Positions 1-10,648 are shown, counted from the stretch's first letter. The stretch is DNA of 43,770 nt from Candidatus Omnitrophota bacterium (GCA_043812495.1 JBDRMG010000047.1:1-43770); one strand, 5' to 3'. Notes: a model not told the origin generated them from the letters alone. Made by a program: numbers and translations.

Positions 1-39
1 ATATTATTGACTGTTCCATTAATAAGGAAAAGACCAATA
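1..39. repeat. 39-bp exact direct repeat of 11666-11704 (may extend beyond the window start)
   Basis: ATATTATTGACTGTTCCATTAATAAGGAAAAGACCAATA read identically at both positions. Confidence 0.9.
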
Positions 40-124
40 GGATGTGTTCTCGGGGAGCCGAATGACCGAAATGGTCACGTTCGGTTCTGAGAGGGGCATT
101 AAATAACCAGGGAGGTTACAAAGG

Positions 125-676
125 ATGTCTACTCACAAAAAACTATTGTCTTTTGTATTCGTACTTCTTTTATTAGCCGGATTCGGTTGCGCCAAAAAAG
201 AAAAACCCGCCATCACCATCGATCAAATACAAATCACTGCCGATGAATTTGAAGACGCCTTTCATGCGTCACGGTTTGTGATGCTGGGTGAGGAGGGGCG
301 CAAAGCATTCTTGGAAAGCTATATTTCCACCAAGCTTATCCTCAAGGAAGCCGAGAAAATGGGGCTGGACAAAGATCCCGAATTTTTGAAGGATATTCAG
401 TTTTTCTGGGAAACAGCTCTTCTGAAGCTGGTGATGACGAATGAATCCAAGGCGCTGGCTTCTAGCGTCCAGGTCACCGATCAGGACATACGCAGTTATT
501 ACCAAGCGCACAAGGACAGCCGCTTCAAGGAGAAAGAATTATCCGCGGTCTACGATCAAATCAAATGGCTGCTTCTTCAAGATCAACAGGGCCAGGCCAT
601 GACGACATGGACCGATTCTCTCAAAAACAAAGCCCACATCAAAATCGATTACGGACGCTTAGGTCTCACGCCATAA
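125..676 (+). CDS. Lipoprotein with SurA/PrsA N-terminal-like chaperone helices, no recognisable PPIase domain
   Basis: Signal peptide with lipobox LAGFG-C; 'LILKEAEKMGLDKDPEF' and 'VTDQDIRSYY' resemble PrsA/SurA-N motifs; GGAGG RBS upstream. Confidence 0.65.
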   Translation: MSTHKKLLSFVFVLLLLAGFGCAKKEKPAITIDQIQITADEFEDAFHASRFVMLGEEGRKAFLESYISTKLILKEAEKMGLDKDPEFLKDIQFFWETALLKLVMTNESKALASSVQVTDQDIRSYYQAHKDSRFKEKELSAVYDQIKWLLLQDQQGQAMTTWTDSLKNKAHIKIDYGRLGLTP

Positions 677-688
677 AAGGAGGAAAAC

Positions 689-1255
689 ATGGATCGGGAA
701 TCCAGAAGAAAAATTTTTATTGATCCCTCGTTTCAGTTGAATTTTATCGGGAAATTTTGCTTGGTCGTCATGGCCTCATCCGTGCTGATCGCCTCATCGG
801 TCTTTCTTTTGACGCGCGAATCAACCACCGTGATGATCGAAAACACAAAGGTCTTGGTCAAGCCCACCTCGGATTTCATCCTGCCCAGCCTTTTGATGAC
901 TGTTTTGATTGTTGCGGTCTTTTCGGCCTTGACCGTATTTGTCATCGCCTTATTTGTTTCTCACAAAATCGCCGGACCCCTTTATCGACTTCGCCGAGAA
1001 ATCGATTTGATGCAAAAAGGGGACCTGGACAGGAATTTTAATATCCGCAATAAAGACCAAATTCAGGCTTTGGCTAAAAGCCTGAGTTCGATGAATGATA
1101 TTTTCCGTTCAAAACATACGGAGCTACGCGAGACTTATCAGGCCCTTGTGACCTATTTAGAGAAAAAAGATTTTCGCATTTCTGCTCAAGACAAAGAAGA
1201 GCTCCAAAAGATATTGAATGAAATGAATAAAACAATGGGCTACTTCAAGGTTTAA
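689..1255 (+). CDS. Two-TM membrane protein with HAMP domain
   Basis: Two hydrophobic segments followed by 'SHKIAGPLYRL...GDL...IRNKDQIQALA...N' HAMP pattern; AGGAGG RBS. Confidence 0.75.
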   Translation: MDRESRRKIFIDPSFQLNFIGKFCLVVMASSVLIASSVFLLTRESTTVMIENTKVLVKPTSDFILPSLLMTVLIVAVFSALTVFVIALFVSHKIAGPLYRLRREIDLMQKGDLDRNFNIRNKDQIQALAKSLSSMNDIFRSKHTELRETYQALVTYLEKKDFRISAQDKEELQKILNEMNKTMGYFKV

Positions 1256-1827
1256 TGAAAAAGATTTACCCCCTCATTTTGTTTGTTCTGATCGGCCTGT
1301 TGTCGACGCCGCCTTCTTTGGCCCAAGACAAAGACCTTTCTTTGATCGGCGAAGGCCAATATTTTTCAATTTACGGATCCCAAGATCTTGACATCAGGGA
1401 GCTGCTTTCCGATCTCAATTATAATTATTTGCTTCGCCTGGACAACCTCGCGGATAAGAAAAACCAGGACCCCAAAGACATTCTGACAAAAACAATCGAT
1501 GCCCTTTATCTCGAGATCAGCGATATCCTGGGGATTCATATCTACAGCTATCACGGGAATTTGATGTTTTATCCCGATCAGGCTTCCGTCAATGAGGTTT
1601 TTAAAAGTTATTTTCAGGAGGATTTTCCCGAACGGTCTTTTTATCTTCACGAGAAAAACACCATCTATATTTCCTCTGCGGATTTGACATTGGGAATGAT
1701 CGCGCATGAAATGGCGCACGCGATCCAATCTCATTATTTTGTCGTTCCTCCGCCTCCCAAAGTGCAGGAGATTCTATCTGGATATGTAGAATATAATCTC
1801 AGGAAGTCAACAGGCACGCTCCCGTAA
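1255..1827 (+). CDS. Secreted protein with HExxH zinc-metallopeptidase-like motif
   Basis: N-terminal signal peptide; HEMAH followed by a downstream Glu (QEIL); TAATG overlap with upstream stop. Confidence 0.6.
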   Translation: MKKIYPLILFVLIGLLSTPPSLAQDKDLSLIGEGQYFSIYGSQDLDIRELLSDLNYNYLLRLDNLADKKNQDPKDILTKTIDALYLEISDILGIHIYSYHGNLMFYPDQASVNEVFKSYFQEDFPERSFYLHEKNTIYISSADLTLGMIAHEMAHAIQSHYFVVPPPPKVQEILSGYVEYNLRKSTGTLP

Positions 1828-1851
1828 CTATTCAGAAACTTAAAGAAATTT

Positions 1852-1878
1852 TGAACTTTTCCTCCGCTTGTGCGTTTA
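1852..1878 (+). promoter_or_regulatory. Putative ECF-sigma autoregulated promoter
   Basis: TGAACT...CGTTTA with AAC-N16-CGT spacing, as in SigW-type promoters, just upstream of the ECF sigma gene. Confidence 0.55.
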
Positions 1879-1905
1879 AGATAGTGGAGGAGGGGGACGT
1901 CAAAA

Positions 1906-2484
1906 ATGCAGAATGATCCTGATGAAAGGCTTATGCTGAAGTATCAGGCAGGAGACAAGCAGGCTATGGAAGAGCTGATAGCCCGTTACAAAAATCCTGT
2001 CTATCGTTTTGCGGTTCGCTTATTGCGAAATTCCACAGAAGCGCAAGACATCGCCCAGGAGGTCTTCTTGAAGGTCCATAATGCGAGAATGACATACAAA
2101 GCCACGGGAAAATTTTCAACCTGGATATTCAGCATCACCCACCATGCGTGCATCAGCCGGCTGCGCAAGAACAAGTGGACAATATCCTGGCCCGTCTTTA
2201 AGAACGACCCTAATGTGCCCATGGATGTCGATAGTGCTGATCCTTCCCCCGATGAGGAAGCTTCTCATAAAGAAATGCGAACGATCGTCAAAGACTGCAT
2301 TCACGATCTCCCCCTTCTCCAAAAGGAAATCTTGATTTTACGGGAATACGAAAATCTCGATTATGAAGAAATCGCGAAAATCATCAAAAAACCCTTGGGA
2401 ACGGTGAAATCCTTGATTCACGGAGCGCGGCAATTACTCAAAGAAAAATTGCTTCCCTATGTTGACGAGGGAGGTTACTCATGA
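1906..2484 (+). CDS. ECF RNA polymerase sigma-70 factor (SigW/RpoE-like)
   Basis: Region 2 'AQDIAQEVFLKV...FSTWIFSI' and region 4 'LDYEEIAKII..PLGTVKSLIHGAR'. Confidence 0.92.
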   Translation: MQNDPDERLMLKYQAGDKQAMEELIARYKNPVYRFAVRLLRNSTEAQDIAQEVFLKVHNARMTYKATGKFSTWIFSITHHACISRLRKNKWTISWPVFKNDPNVPMDVDSADPSPDEEASHKEMRTIVKDCIHDLPLLQKEILILREYENLDYEEIAKIIKKPLGTVKSLIHGARQLLKEKLLPYVDEGGYS

Positions 2485-3638
2485 AAAACGATCCTGTTTT
2501 TAATCAATTAAGCAGTTACCTGGACAATCAACTGAGCGCCGATGAAAGGCGTCTTATTGAGGAACACTTGAAACAGTGCAAGGACTGCCAGGAAGAACTT
2601 CGCAAGCTTAAGCTTATTTCCGAGAAGCTCAAAATCTGGCAGGAGCCTGAACTGGGCCCGTTCTTTGAGAAATCCGTCATGGATAAAATCTCCTCCCAAG
2701 AACAAAGAAAGGGTGAGGTTAAAATGAAAAGTAAAACAACAAGGGACAGAGTAGCGATAGGTATTCTGACGACGATTATCATTGGATGTCTTGTAAGTAT
2801 GCAGACATATGCTAAGCGAGCCCTGCAGGGGAGAATCAAAGGGGCCGCCGATTACCTGGTCACCAACACGCCCGGCTTGGGAAACGAAGTCCAATACGAG
2901 CCTTATTATCTTAGCAGCACCGGCGAGGTCAAAAGGGCATCCTCGTCGATTGATAAGATAAGCATTGAATCCATTAGAAAATTGATAAAAAAAGCCAAGA
3001 TGACATTAGAGGTCAAAAATTGCGAGGACACGGCAAAAAGAATTGCTGATATTGCTGTTCATTACGAAGGTTATGTCCTTAGTTCAGACATCAAAAGTTA
3101 TCAAGGTGGATCAAAAAGGGGTACAACCATCTTTAAAGTACTGCCAAAATTCCTTGAAAATGCCTTGGCGGATCTCAAAACACTCGGCAGGGTTGATTCT
3201 CTGGAAGTCAAAGGAGAGGATGTGACCGAGGAATATGTTGACCTTAAGGCAAGGCTGGACAATGCCGAAGCCGTCAGGCAAAGAATGCTGAAGGTGCTAG
3301 ACGAAAAAGCCAAAGATGTCAAAGACATTCTGCAAGTGGAAAAAGAACTTGCCAGAATCGGAGAAGAGATTGAAAAAATCAAAGGCCGCATGAAATATAT
3401 CGACACCCAGGTGGATTTATCCACAGTCACGGTGGATTATTACGAGACTCAATCCATGACTCTTAGCCCCATCAAGGCAGGGGAAAAATTCAAACAGACC
3501 ATCCGAACAGCCGCAGAAACATTTGTGAATGTTTTTAACGGCATCATTGTTCTTGTTTCAGGTCTTCTTCCTATTTTGCTTTGGGGCGGCGTGATTGCCG
3601 GCGTTATTCTAGGTATTAACAAGCTAAACAAAAAATAA
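2481..3638 (+). CDS. Zinc-finger (HxxxCxxC) anti-sigma factor fused to a DUF4349-like domain
   Basis: 'LSSYLDNQL...HLKQCKDC' ZAS motif, TM helix, then 'EDVTEEYVDLKARL...LQVEKELARI..EIEKIKGRMKY...STVTV' and a C-terminal TM; ATGA overlap with sigma gene. Confidence 0.8.
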   Translation: MKNDPVFNQLSSYLDNQLSADERRLIEEHLKQCKDCQEELRKLKLISEKLKIWQEPELGPFFEKSVMDKISSQEQRKGEVKMKSKTTRDRVAIGILTTIIIGCLVSMQTYAKRALQGRIKGAADYLVTNTPGLGNEVQYEPYYLSSTGEVKRASSSIDKISIESIRKLIKKAKMTLEVKNCEDTAKRIADIAVHYEGYVLSSDIKSYQGGSKRGTTIFKVLPKFLENALADLKTLGRVDSLEVKGEDVTEEYVDLKARLDNAEAVRQRMLKVLDEKAKDVKDILQVEKELARIGEEIEKIKGRMKYIDTQVDLSTVTVDYYETQSMTLSPIKAGEKFKQTIRTAAETFVNVFNGIIVLVSGLLPILLWGGVIAGVILGINKLNKK

Positions 3639-3668
3639 CGAATCCAATGTAAGCCACGACAGCCCGAA

Positions 3669-3712
3669 GCCCCCGCCCGCCATTGATATTTTGGCGGGCG
3701 GGGGCCTTTGTC
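3669..3712 (+). terminator. GC-rich hairpin (REP-like core) probably terminating the sigma/anti-sigma operon
   Basis: 14-bp stem GCCCCCGCCCGCCA/TGGCGGGCGGGGGC followed by CTTTGT. Confidence 0.55.
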
Positions 3713-3727
3713 CTTCGCTTTCTTTAA

Positions 3728-3756
3728 TTGACTACAGTTTTATGGCAAAGTATAAT
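3728..3756 (+). promoter_or_regulatory. Sigma-70 promoter upstream of RhuM fragment and glnS
   Basis: TTGACT-N17-TATAAT. Confidence 0.7.
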
Positions 3757-3818
3757 GTTTTACAAAACAGGAAACTTAGCGGTCAACCTGTTAGCTTTTT
3801 AGAAGACTTAGCAAAGAA

Positions 3819-4070
3819 GTGAAAACAATGAAAACGGTGGGGCAATCAAAAGGGCAAGTCCTATTATACAAAAACAAACTTGAAGTTAGGCTAGAAAAAG
3901 AAACAGTCTGGCTTACGCAGGCTCAGATAGCAGGGTTGTTTGCGACCAAACGCCCAGCGATAACGAAGCATCTATCGAACATATTCAAATCAAAAGAGTT
4001 AAAAAAAGAGTCAGTATGTTCCATTTTGGAACACACTGCTTCCGAAGTTGCATGCAAAAACATAAAATGA
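3819..4070 (+). pseudogene. Truncated RhuM-family protein (N-terminal fragment)
   Basis: 'LEVRLEKETVWLTQAQIAGLF...ITKHLSNIF..EL...SVCSILEHTA' is the RhuM N-terminus; ORF stops before the usual YNLD..ISVGYRV segment. Confidence 0.7.
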
Positions 4071-4074
4071 AAAA

Positions 4075-5769
4075 ATGAATCCAGATACTTCCAAAACATC
4101 TCTTGACTTCATCCGTAAAATCGTTGCTGATGATATAACTTCTGACAAACACCAGGGCCGGGTGGTCACGCGTTTTCCGCCGGAGCCCAACGGGTATCTG
4201 CATATCGGCCACGCCAAGTCCATTTGTCTCAATTTTGGCGTGGCCCTTGAAAACAACGGGTTCTGTCATTTGCGTTTTGATGACACCAATCCGGAAAAAG
4301 AAGAAGAGGAATATGTCAAATCCATCAAGGATAACGTCCGGTGGCTTGGCTTTGACTGGAAAGACAAAGAATTCTACGCTTCGGATTATTTTGACAAGCT
4401 TTATGGCTATGCCGTCGAACTCATCAAAAAAGGAAAAGCTTATGTCTGCGATTTAAGCGCCGATGAAATCCGGAATTACCGCGGGACACTCACGGAGCCG
4501 GGCAAAGAAAGTCCTTACCGCAACCGTTCCGCCGAAGAAAATCTCGATCTCTTTGAGCGTATGAAAAAAGGCGAATTCAAAGACGGCGAGCGCGTGCTGC
4601 GCGCCAAAATCGACATGACGTCTCCCAATATCAGCCTGCGCGATCCGGCGATTTACCGTATCCGCCATGCGACCCACCATCGCACCAAGGACAAATGGTG
4701 CATTTATCCGATGTATGATTTTGCGCATTGCCTTTCCGATTCGATCGAAGGCATTACCCATTCGTTATGCACGTTAGAGTTTGAAAACAACCGACCGCTG
4801 TATGATTGGATTTTGGATCAACTGGATGTTCCTTGTCATCCGCAGCAAATTGAATTTGCCCGCCTCAATCTGAACTATACCGTGATGAGCAAGCGAAAGT
4901 TGCTTCAGCTTGTCGAGGAAAAATGCGTCAACGGCTGGGATGATCCGCGCATGCCGACCCTTTCTGGCTTGCGGCGGCGAGGGTTCACGCCGGAGGCCAT
5001 CCGGGAATTTTGCGACCGCATCGGTGTCGCCAGAATGGAAAACGTTGTTGACATCGCTCTTTTGGAGCACTGCCTTCGGGAAGATCTCAACAAGCGCGCC
5101 CCGCGCGTCATGGCGGTCTTGCGGCCTCTCAAAGTCATCATCGATAATTACCCTGAAGGAAAGACAGAAGAGCTTGACGCCGTCAATAACCCTGAGGATG
5201 AAAGCGCGGGAACGCGTAAAGTCCCGTTTTCCCGCGAACTTTATATTGAGCAGGATGACTTCAGGGAGGATCCGCCCAAAGGATTTTACCGGTTGGCGCC
5301 GGGCCGGGAGGTACGCCTGCGCTACGCCTATTTTGTCAAATGCGTCGATGTGAAAAAAGATAAAACAACTGGCGCTGTGACCGAGTTGAACTGCACTTAT
5401 GATCCGGCTTCCCGCGGAGGCAATTCACCCGACGGACGGAAAGTCAAATCAACGATTCACTGGGTGAGTGCCGCGCATGCGCATTTGGCCGAAGTGCGTC
5501 TCTATGACCGGCTTTTCAATAACGAAAACCCCATCGACAAGGAAGGAAATTTCTTGGACTCCTTGAATCCGAATTCTCTAGAGGTACTGAAATCCTGCTT
5601 CGTCGAACCCAGCCTGAAATCAGCCAAAAAAGAAAACCGTTATCAGTTTGAGCGGTTGGGTTATTTCTGCGTTGATCCCGATTCTACTGGCCAGAAACCG
5701 GTTTTTAACCGTACGGTTTCTTTGCGCGATCCCTGGGCGAAGATCGAGAAGAAATTGGAAGTCAAATAG
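4075..5769 (+). CDS. glnS: Glutamine--tRNA ligase
   Basis: [15 protein letters not shown] (HIGH) and MSKR motifs, [10 protein letters not shown]-terminal QFERLGYF. Confidence 0.97.
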   Translation: MNPDTSKTSLDFIRKIVADDITSDKHQGRVVTRFPPEPNGYLHIGHAKSICLNFGVALENNGFCHLRFDDTNPEKEEEEYVKSIKDNVRWLGFDWKDKEFYASDYFDKLYGYAVELIKKGKAYVCDLSADEIRNYRGTLTEPGKESPYRNRSAEENLDLFERMKKGEFKDGERVLRAKIDMTSPNISLRDPAIYRIRHATHHRTKDKWCIYPMYDFAHCLSDSIEGITHSLCTLEFENNRPLYDWILDQLDVPCHPQQIEFARLNLNYTVMSKRKLLQLVEEKCVNGWDDPRMPTLSGLRRRGFTPEAIREFCDRIGVARMENVVDIALLEHCLREDLNKRAPRVMAVLRPLKVIIDNYPEGKTEELDAVNNPEDESAGTRKVPFSRELYIEQDDFREDPPKGFYRLAPGREVRLRYAYFVKCVDVKKDKTTGAVTELNCTYDPASRGGNSPDGRKVKSTIHWVSAAHAHLAEVRLYDRLFNNENPIDKEGNFLDSLNPNSLEVLKSCFVEPSLKSAKKENRYQFERLGYFCVDPDSTGQKPVFNRTVSLRDPWAKIEKKLEVK

Positions 5770-5775
5770 ACCATC

Positions 5776-8457
5776 ATGCCTTTCACCCTGCCTCAAGCGC
5801 TTAAAGAAGCGACTGAAAAAAATCCATCTCACATTTGCATTCAGCTCAGCAAGGAAAATGAGATCACGCGATGCTCCTACGCAGAGCTTTATGAAAATTC
5901 GCTTGCCATTGCCTGCTGGCTCCATTCTGCGGGCGTCGGGGCGAATGACCGCGTTGCGCTCGTTATAGAAAATTCTCCTCGATGGGCTGCGGTGTATTTT
6001 GGCATCCTTTCAGCCGGCGGGATTGCTGTTCCCGTTGATTGTCAGTCGAGCGCAGAAGAGCTTGACTATATTCTCAAAGACGCCGCATGCAAAATTCTTT
6101 TTGCCTCGTCAGCCGTTTTGTGTCTTGAGGAAATCAAAAAGATCGAAGGGTTAGAGAAAATGGTGGTTATCGGCAATCAGCCGAAAGAGGGAAAATTCCT
6201 TCGTTTTGAGGAAGTTTTGAGGACATCAAAGTCGCACGCCAAGCTCCCCGAACGCCGCGCAGAAGATGCCGCTTCAATCATTTATACGTCGGGGACCACC
6301 GGGCATCCCAAAGGCGTTGTGCTGACGCACGGGAATTTTTATTCCAATTTTCTAAGCATTCAGAAAATCAATCTCATCCGGCCCGCCGACCGCCTATTAT
6401 CGCTTTTACCGCTCCATCACGCGTATCCCTTTACCGTAACGCTTTTAGCGCCTCTTTTTCTTGGCGCATCTGTCACATTCATCGATTCCCTCAAATCCCA
6501 ACGCATACGCGATTGTCTTGCCGAAGAAAAAATTACTATATTAGTGGTTGTTCCCCAGATTCTTTATTTGTTTGGCCAGAAGATTTCGGAACAAATCAAG
6601 GCCATGCCTTTTTTCGCGCGACTTTTCGTTATTTTGATGATGAAGAACTTGTGGGGTTTGCGATGCCTGACCAAAGTCAATTTAAGCCGCCGGATATTTC
6701 ATAAGATTCATAAGACCATGGGCGGGCATTTAAGGTTTTTTGCCTGCGGTGGCGCCAAATTAAACGAAAAGATTGAAAAGTTATTCTTTCAATTGGGCTT
6801 TACCGTGATCGAGGGTTACGGCCTCACGGAAACATCTCCGGTTGCCACTTTTAATCCGCTTGCTCGACCCAAAATCGGCTCAGCCGGCAAGGCCTTGCCT
6901 AATGTCGAAATCAAAATCGATTCTCCTGACCCAGAAGGCATCGGCGAGGTTTTGATCAAAGGTCCTAACGTAATGAGAGGATATTATAAAAAGGAAGAAG
7001 AAACGGCTTCGGTCCTTCGCGACGGATGGCTGCATACGGGCGATGCCGGCTGCTTGGATAGCGACGGATATCTTTTTATCAAAGGCCGCATCAAGGAAAC
7101 CATTGTGTTGAGTTCCGGCAAGAACATTTCACCGGAAGAAGTGGAGGCCCATTACGGCAAAACGCCCTTTATCAAAGAAATCTGCGTTTTGCCGGATGAA
7201 AAAGAAGAGATGCTCGCAGCCGTCATTGTTCCCAACCTCGAGCATTTCAAGCAATCGGGCGAAACCAATATCTATCAAATCATCAAATGGAGAGTGGAGT
7301 ATTTCTCGGAATCCCTGCCGTCCTACAAGAGGATAAGGGATTTTGTGATTGCAAGCGAAAAGCTTCCCCGCACACGCCTGGGGAAAATTCAACGGTTTAA
7401 AGTCGGGCAGATTTACAAAGACAACAAAGTCAAGAAAACCCCTCTCAAGGAACGACCCGACTTGGCGAGCCTGGCACCCAACGCTCGAAAAATTCTGGAA
7501 GTTCTCAAGAAAGAAAAGCAACTCGCCTCTGTTTCACTCGACGATCATCTGGAGACGGATTTGGGCATGGATTCTCTCGATCGCTTTGAAGCCATCGTGG
7601 CCCTTGAGAAGGCCTTTGCCATCAAAATTAAAGAAGAAGATTTTGCCAAGGTTTTTGTGGTGCGGGATGTCATTCAAAAACTGGAAGAGTTGATTGTTCA
7701 GAAACCCAATGTCAAAAAAGAAGAAGCCGAATCCTGGAAAGACATTTTGACCAGAGAGCCGTCCGCAGAGCTTCAGAAAAGAATCAATCTCAAGCCCGGC
7801 CTGTTGGCCAAGACGGCGACGATTCTCGGAGGATTGTGCTTTGGGTTATTTTTTAAGTTATTCTTGCGGCTTGAAGTGCACGGGCAGGACCATTTACCGG
7901 ATGAAAAATTTGTTTTATGTCCGAACCACGTCAGCTATTGGGACGGATTTCTGGTCTTTTGCGCTTTGCCCGCGAAACTCAAACATAAAACGTTTTTCTT
8001 AGGATCCAATCAATATTTTGAGCGGCCTGTAATTCGGCGCATGATTAAATATCTGAAGGTCATTCCGGTGGATTATGTCAGCAACTTGGTCGAAAGCATG
8101 AAGGCCGCCAGTTTTGTCTTGCGCAACCGTCAGGCCCTGTGCGTTTTTCCTGAAGGCAACCGAAGCGTCAACGGGAAAATGAATCCGTTTAAAAAGGGCA
8201 TTGGTATTCTTGCCCAAGAGACCGGCCCGATCATTATCCCTGTTTATCTTCAGGGCGCCTATGAATCGTGGAGGCCCACGGCGAGATTTCCCCGGCCCCA
8301 CCGGGTCCATATCATTTTCGGTGAGCCCAAAAATGTCGATGCATTAAAAAAAGTAGGACTCAAAGAAAAGCCGGACGTGGACGATTATCAAGCCATCAGC
8401 TCAGGGATTCAAAAAGAAGTTGAAGGACTTAAAGATAAAATCCTAAACTCTAAATAA
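5776..8457 (+). CDS. Long-chain acyl-CoA/ACP synthetase - acyl carrier - PlsC acyltransferase tri-domain fusion
   Basis: YTSGTTGHPKG and GYGLTE AMP-binding motifs; DLGMDSL phosphopantetheine site; NHVSYWD (HxxxxD) and FPEGNRS acyltransferase motifs. Confidence 0.9.
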   Translation: MPFTLPQALKEATEKNPSHICIQLSKENEITRCSYAELYENSLAIACWLHSAGVGANDRVALVIENSPRWAAVYFGILSAGGIAVPVDCQSSAEELDYILKDAACKILFASSAVLCLEEIKKIEGLEKMVVIGNQPKEGKFLRFEEVLRTSKSHAKLPERRAEDAASIIYTSGTTGHPKGVVLTHGNFYSNFLSIQKINLIRPADRLLSLLPLHHAYPFTVTLLAPLFLGASVTFIDSLKSQRIRDCLAEEKITILVVVPQILYLFGQKISEQIKAMPFFARLFVILMMKNLWGLRCLTKVNLSRRIFHKIHKTMGGHLRFFACGGAKLNEKIEKLFFQLGFTVIEGYGLTETSPVATFNPLARPKIGSAGKALPNVEIKIDSPDPEGIGEVLIKGPNVMRGYYKKEEETASVLRDGWLHTGDAGCLDSDGYLFIKGRIKETIVLSSGKNISPEEVEAHYGKTPFIKEICVLPDEKEEMLAAVIVPNLEHFKQSGETNIYQIIKWRVEYFSESLPSYKRIRDFVIASEKLPRTRLGKIQRFKVGQIYKDNKVKKTPLKERPDLASLAPNARKILEVLKKEKQLASVSLDDHLETDLGMDSLDRFEAIVALEKAFAIKIKEEDFAKVFVVRDVIQKLEELIVQKPNVKKEEAESWKDILTREPSAELQKRINLKPGLLAKTATILGGLCFGLFFKLFLRLEVHGQDHLPDEKFVLCPNHVSYWDGFLVFCALPAKLKHKTFFLGSNQYFERPVIRRMIKYLKVIPVDYVSNLVESMKAASFVLRNRQALCVFPEGNRSVNGKMNPFKKGIGILAQETGPIIIPVYLQGAYESWRPTARFPRPHRVHIIFGEPKNVDALKKVGLKEKPDVDDYQAISSGIQKEVEGLKDKILNSK

Positions 8458-8527
8458 ACCCAAATTTCAAAACTCAAAAATAGTTTTGGATTTTGGGTTT
8501 TGTATTTTGGATTTGTTTAGTTTTAGG
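8438..8527. repeat. Heptamer-periodic inverted array between convergent genes; possible bidirectional terminator
   Basis: AAATCCT/AAACTCT/..CAAAA units mirrored by TTTTGGA/TTTTGGG/TTTTGTA/TTTTGGA units. Confidence 0.65.
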
Positions 8528-10517
8528 AAAACAACCGCCCTACCTGATAAAACACAACGCTTAAAAGCCAACCTAGCGCAAGGGTATAAAAAACAGCCAA
8601 GCCGGCCCATTTCCAATTCGTTTCTTTCTTGATGACAGCAATCGTTGCGATGCAGGGGATATACACGAGCGTCATGATCAAAAAGGCATATGCTGAAAGC
8701 GGCGTGAAATAATGCGAAAGCACGACAGCCAGCCCGCCTTGCTCAACACCATAAAGTGTGCCAAAAGCGCCCACCACGAGCTCTTTGGCGGAAATACCAA
8801 GTAAAAGAGCCACAGCAGCCTGCCAGAACCCAAAACCGGCCGGCCGAAAGACCGGAGCCAGGAATTTACCGATATGACCAATCAAGCTCTGTTCTGACGC
8901 ATAATCAACACCCGCAGGCAGATACGCCAGAATCCACACAACAATAGCGGCCACTAAAATGATCGTTCCGGCCTTCTTGATAAACTGCAAAGACATCAAC
9001 CACATATGCAAGAATACGTGTCTGAGCCGAGGCATGTGATAGGGCGGAAGCTCCATGACAAGGGGGGCCACTTCCTCTTTGAAGAGAGTGCGTTTGAAAA
9101 TCTGAGCAATAAGGATAGCCAAAATGATTCCCAAAAGGTATAAAGAAAAAACAATCAATCCTTCATGTCTTGGAAAAAGCGCGGCCGCAAAAAGCGTATA
9201 CACAGGAAGCCTGGCCGAACAGCTCATCAAAGGCAAAATAAGAATCGTGAGGATCCTGTCTTTCTCCGATTCGAGCGTGCGCGCAGCCATGATCGCCGGC
9301 ACAGTGCATCCAAAACCAAGAAGCATGGGGATAAATGATTTTCCGTGAAGGCCTAAAGCATGCATGATGTGATCCATGATAAAAGCCGCGCGCGCCAGAT
9401 ACCCTGTGTTTTCCAGAAAAGACATCCCCAAGAATAACAGCATGATGTAAGGTAAAAACCCTAAAACGCTGCCGACGCCTGCGATAATCCCGTCGGAGAC
9501 AAGAGAGCCGAGCCAGGCGGGCCCGCCCGCGTGCGCTATCCCCCACACGACCTTCTCGCCGGACCAGGCAAAAAAATTATTCAACAAATTGACTAGCGGC
9601 TCACCGATGGCAAAAACCAAAGAAAACAAAATAAACATAAACCCGAGAAAAATCGGGATACCCAGAAAACGGTTCGTTAAAACCTTGTCGATTTGGTCGG
9701 ATATGGTCAGACGCTCCTCGAAGGTCAAATGATGACGCGCGCACTCCTTGACGAGTCCTTTGAGATAAGCGAAGCGGCGCTCGGCTACAAATGTTTCTAT
9801 GTTTTCTCCATGCTCAAGCTCGATGTGACGGATAGCCTCCGGAACCTCCCGGTCCATCTTGCTATCTTCCAGTTTTTTGATCGCCCCTGGATCATTCTCG
9901 AGGATTCTGATGGCCAGGGCCCTCAAGCTATAACCAAGGTCAAGACCTTGTTGAGATAAGGATTGTTCTAGCGCTTGAATCCCCGGCTCTAATTCGGCAT
10001 AGTCCATATGCAGGACTTCTCCCGGACGGTCGAGATTCGCAAAAACAGCTTCTTTAAGCTCAGCAACTCCTTTTCCCTCGCAAGCAATGGTGGGGATGAC
10101 CGGAATTTTCAAGATCTTAGACAACCCATCCATATTAATTTCAAGACCGTGTTCTTTCACGCGGTCCATCATGTTCAGGGCTAAAACAACGTTTTCTCCC
10201 ATTTCAAGAAGCTGCGCAACAAGAAAAAGGTTGCGCTTCAGATTTGACGCATCGATAACGGCCACAATAAGATCCGGTCTTTCTTGAACGATAAAATCCT
10301 GGGCAATCTTTTCATCCAGAGAATAAGCATCCAGGCTGTAGGTGCCGGGCAAATCTACCAAAACCGCCTCTTTTTCCCGCAAAGACAAGCGGCCTTCTTT
10401 TCGCTCGACCGTTGTGCCGGGCCAATTGCCGATCCTTTCCTTGGCGCCGGTAAGGCAATTGAAAAGAGTTGTTTTTCCGGAATTGGGTGTTCCGGCTAAT
10501 CCGATTTTATTCAGCAT
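8523..10517 (-). CDS. feoB: Ferrous iron transporter B
   Basis: G1 GTPNSGKTT, G2 GNWPGTTVE, G3 DLPG, G4 NMMD; membrane domain with GFGCTVPA, MSCSARLPVY, ELPPY, YIPC. Confidence 0.97.
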   Translation of the reverse strand: MLNKIGLAGTPNSGKTTLFNCLTGAKERIGNWPGTTVERKEGRLSLREKEAVLVDLPGTYSLDAYSLDEKIAQDFIVQERPDLIVAVIDASNLKRNLFLVAQLLEMGENVVLALNMMDRVKEHGLEINMDGLSKILKIPVIPTIACEGKGVAELKEAVFANLDRPGEVLHMDYAELEPGIQALEQSLSQQGLDLGYSLRALAIRILENDPGAIKKLEDSKMDREVPEAIRHIELEHGENIETFVAERRFAYLKGLVKECARHHLTFEERLTISDQIDKVLTNRFLGIPIFLGFMFILFSLVFAIGEPLVNLLNNFFAWSGEKVVWGIAHAGGPAWLGSLVSDGIIAGVGSVLGFLPYIMLLFLGMSFLENTGYLARAAFIMDHIMHALGLHGKSFIPMLLGFGCTVPAIMAARTLESEKDRILTILILPLMSCSARLPVYTLFAAALFPRHEGLIVFSLYLLGIILAILIAQIFKRTLFKEEVAPLVMELPPYHMPRLRHVFLHMWLMSLQFIKKAGTIILVAAIVVWILAYLPAGVDYASEQSLIGHIGKFLAPVFRPAGFGFWQAAVALLLGISAKELVVGAFGTLYGVEQGGLAVVLSHYFTPLSAYAFLIMTLVYIPCIATIAVIKKETNWKWAGLAVFYTLALGWLLSVVFYQVGRLFS

Positions 10518-10552
10518 TTATTTAAAAGTAAAAATAGGGAATTTTTGAAAAA

Positions 10553-10638
10553 CTTTAAACGCAGATTCACGCAAATTGCACGCAGATTTACGCAGATTGT
10601 ATGATCTAATAAATTTTTAATCCGCGACCATCTGCGTT
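10553..10638. repeat. 86-bp CGCAGAT/ATCTGCG repeat element, inverted copy of 24820-24905
   Basis: Manual reverse-complement alignment gives 83/86 identity. Confidence 0.9.
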
Positions 10639-10648
10639 CGCTCATTTA

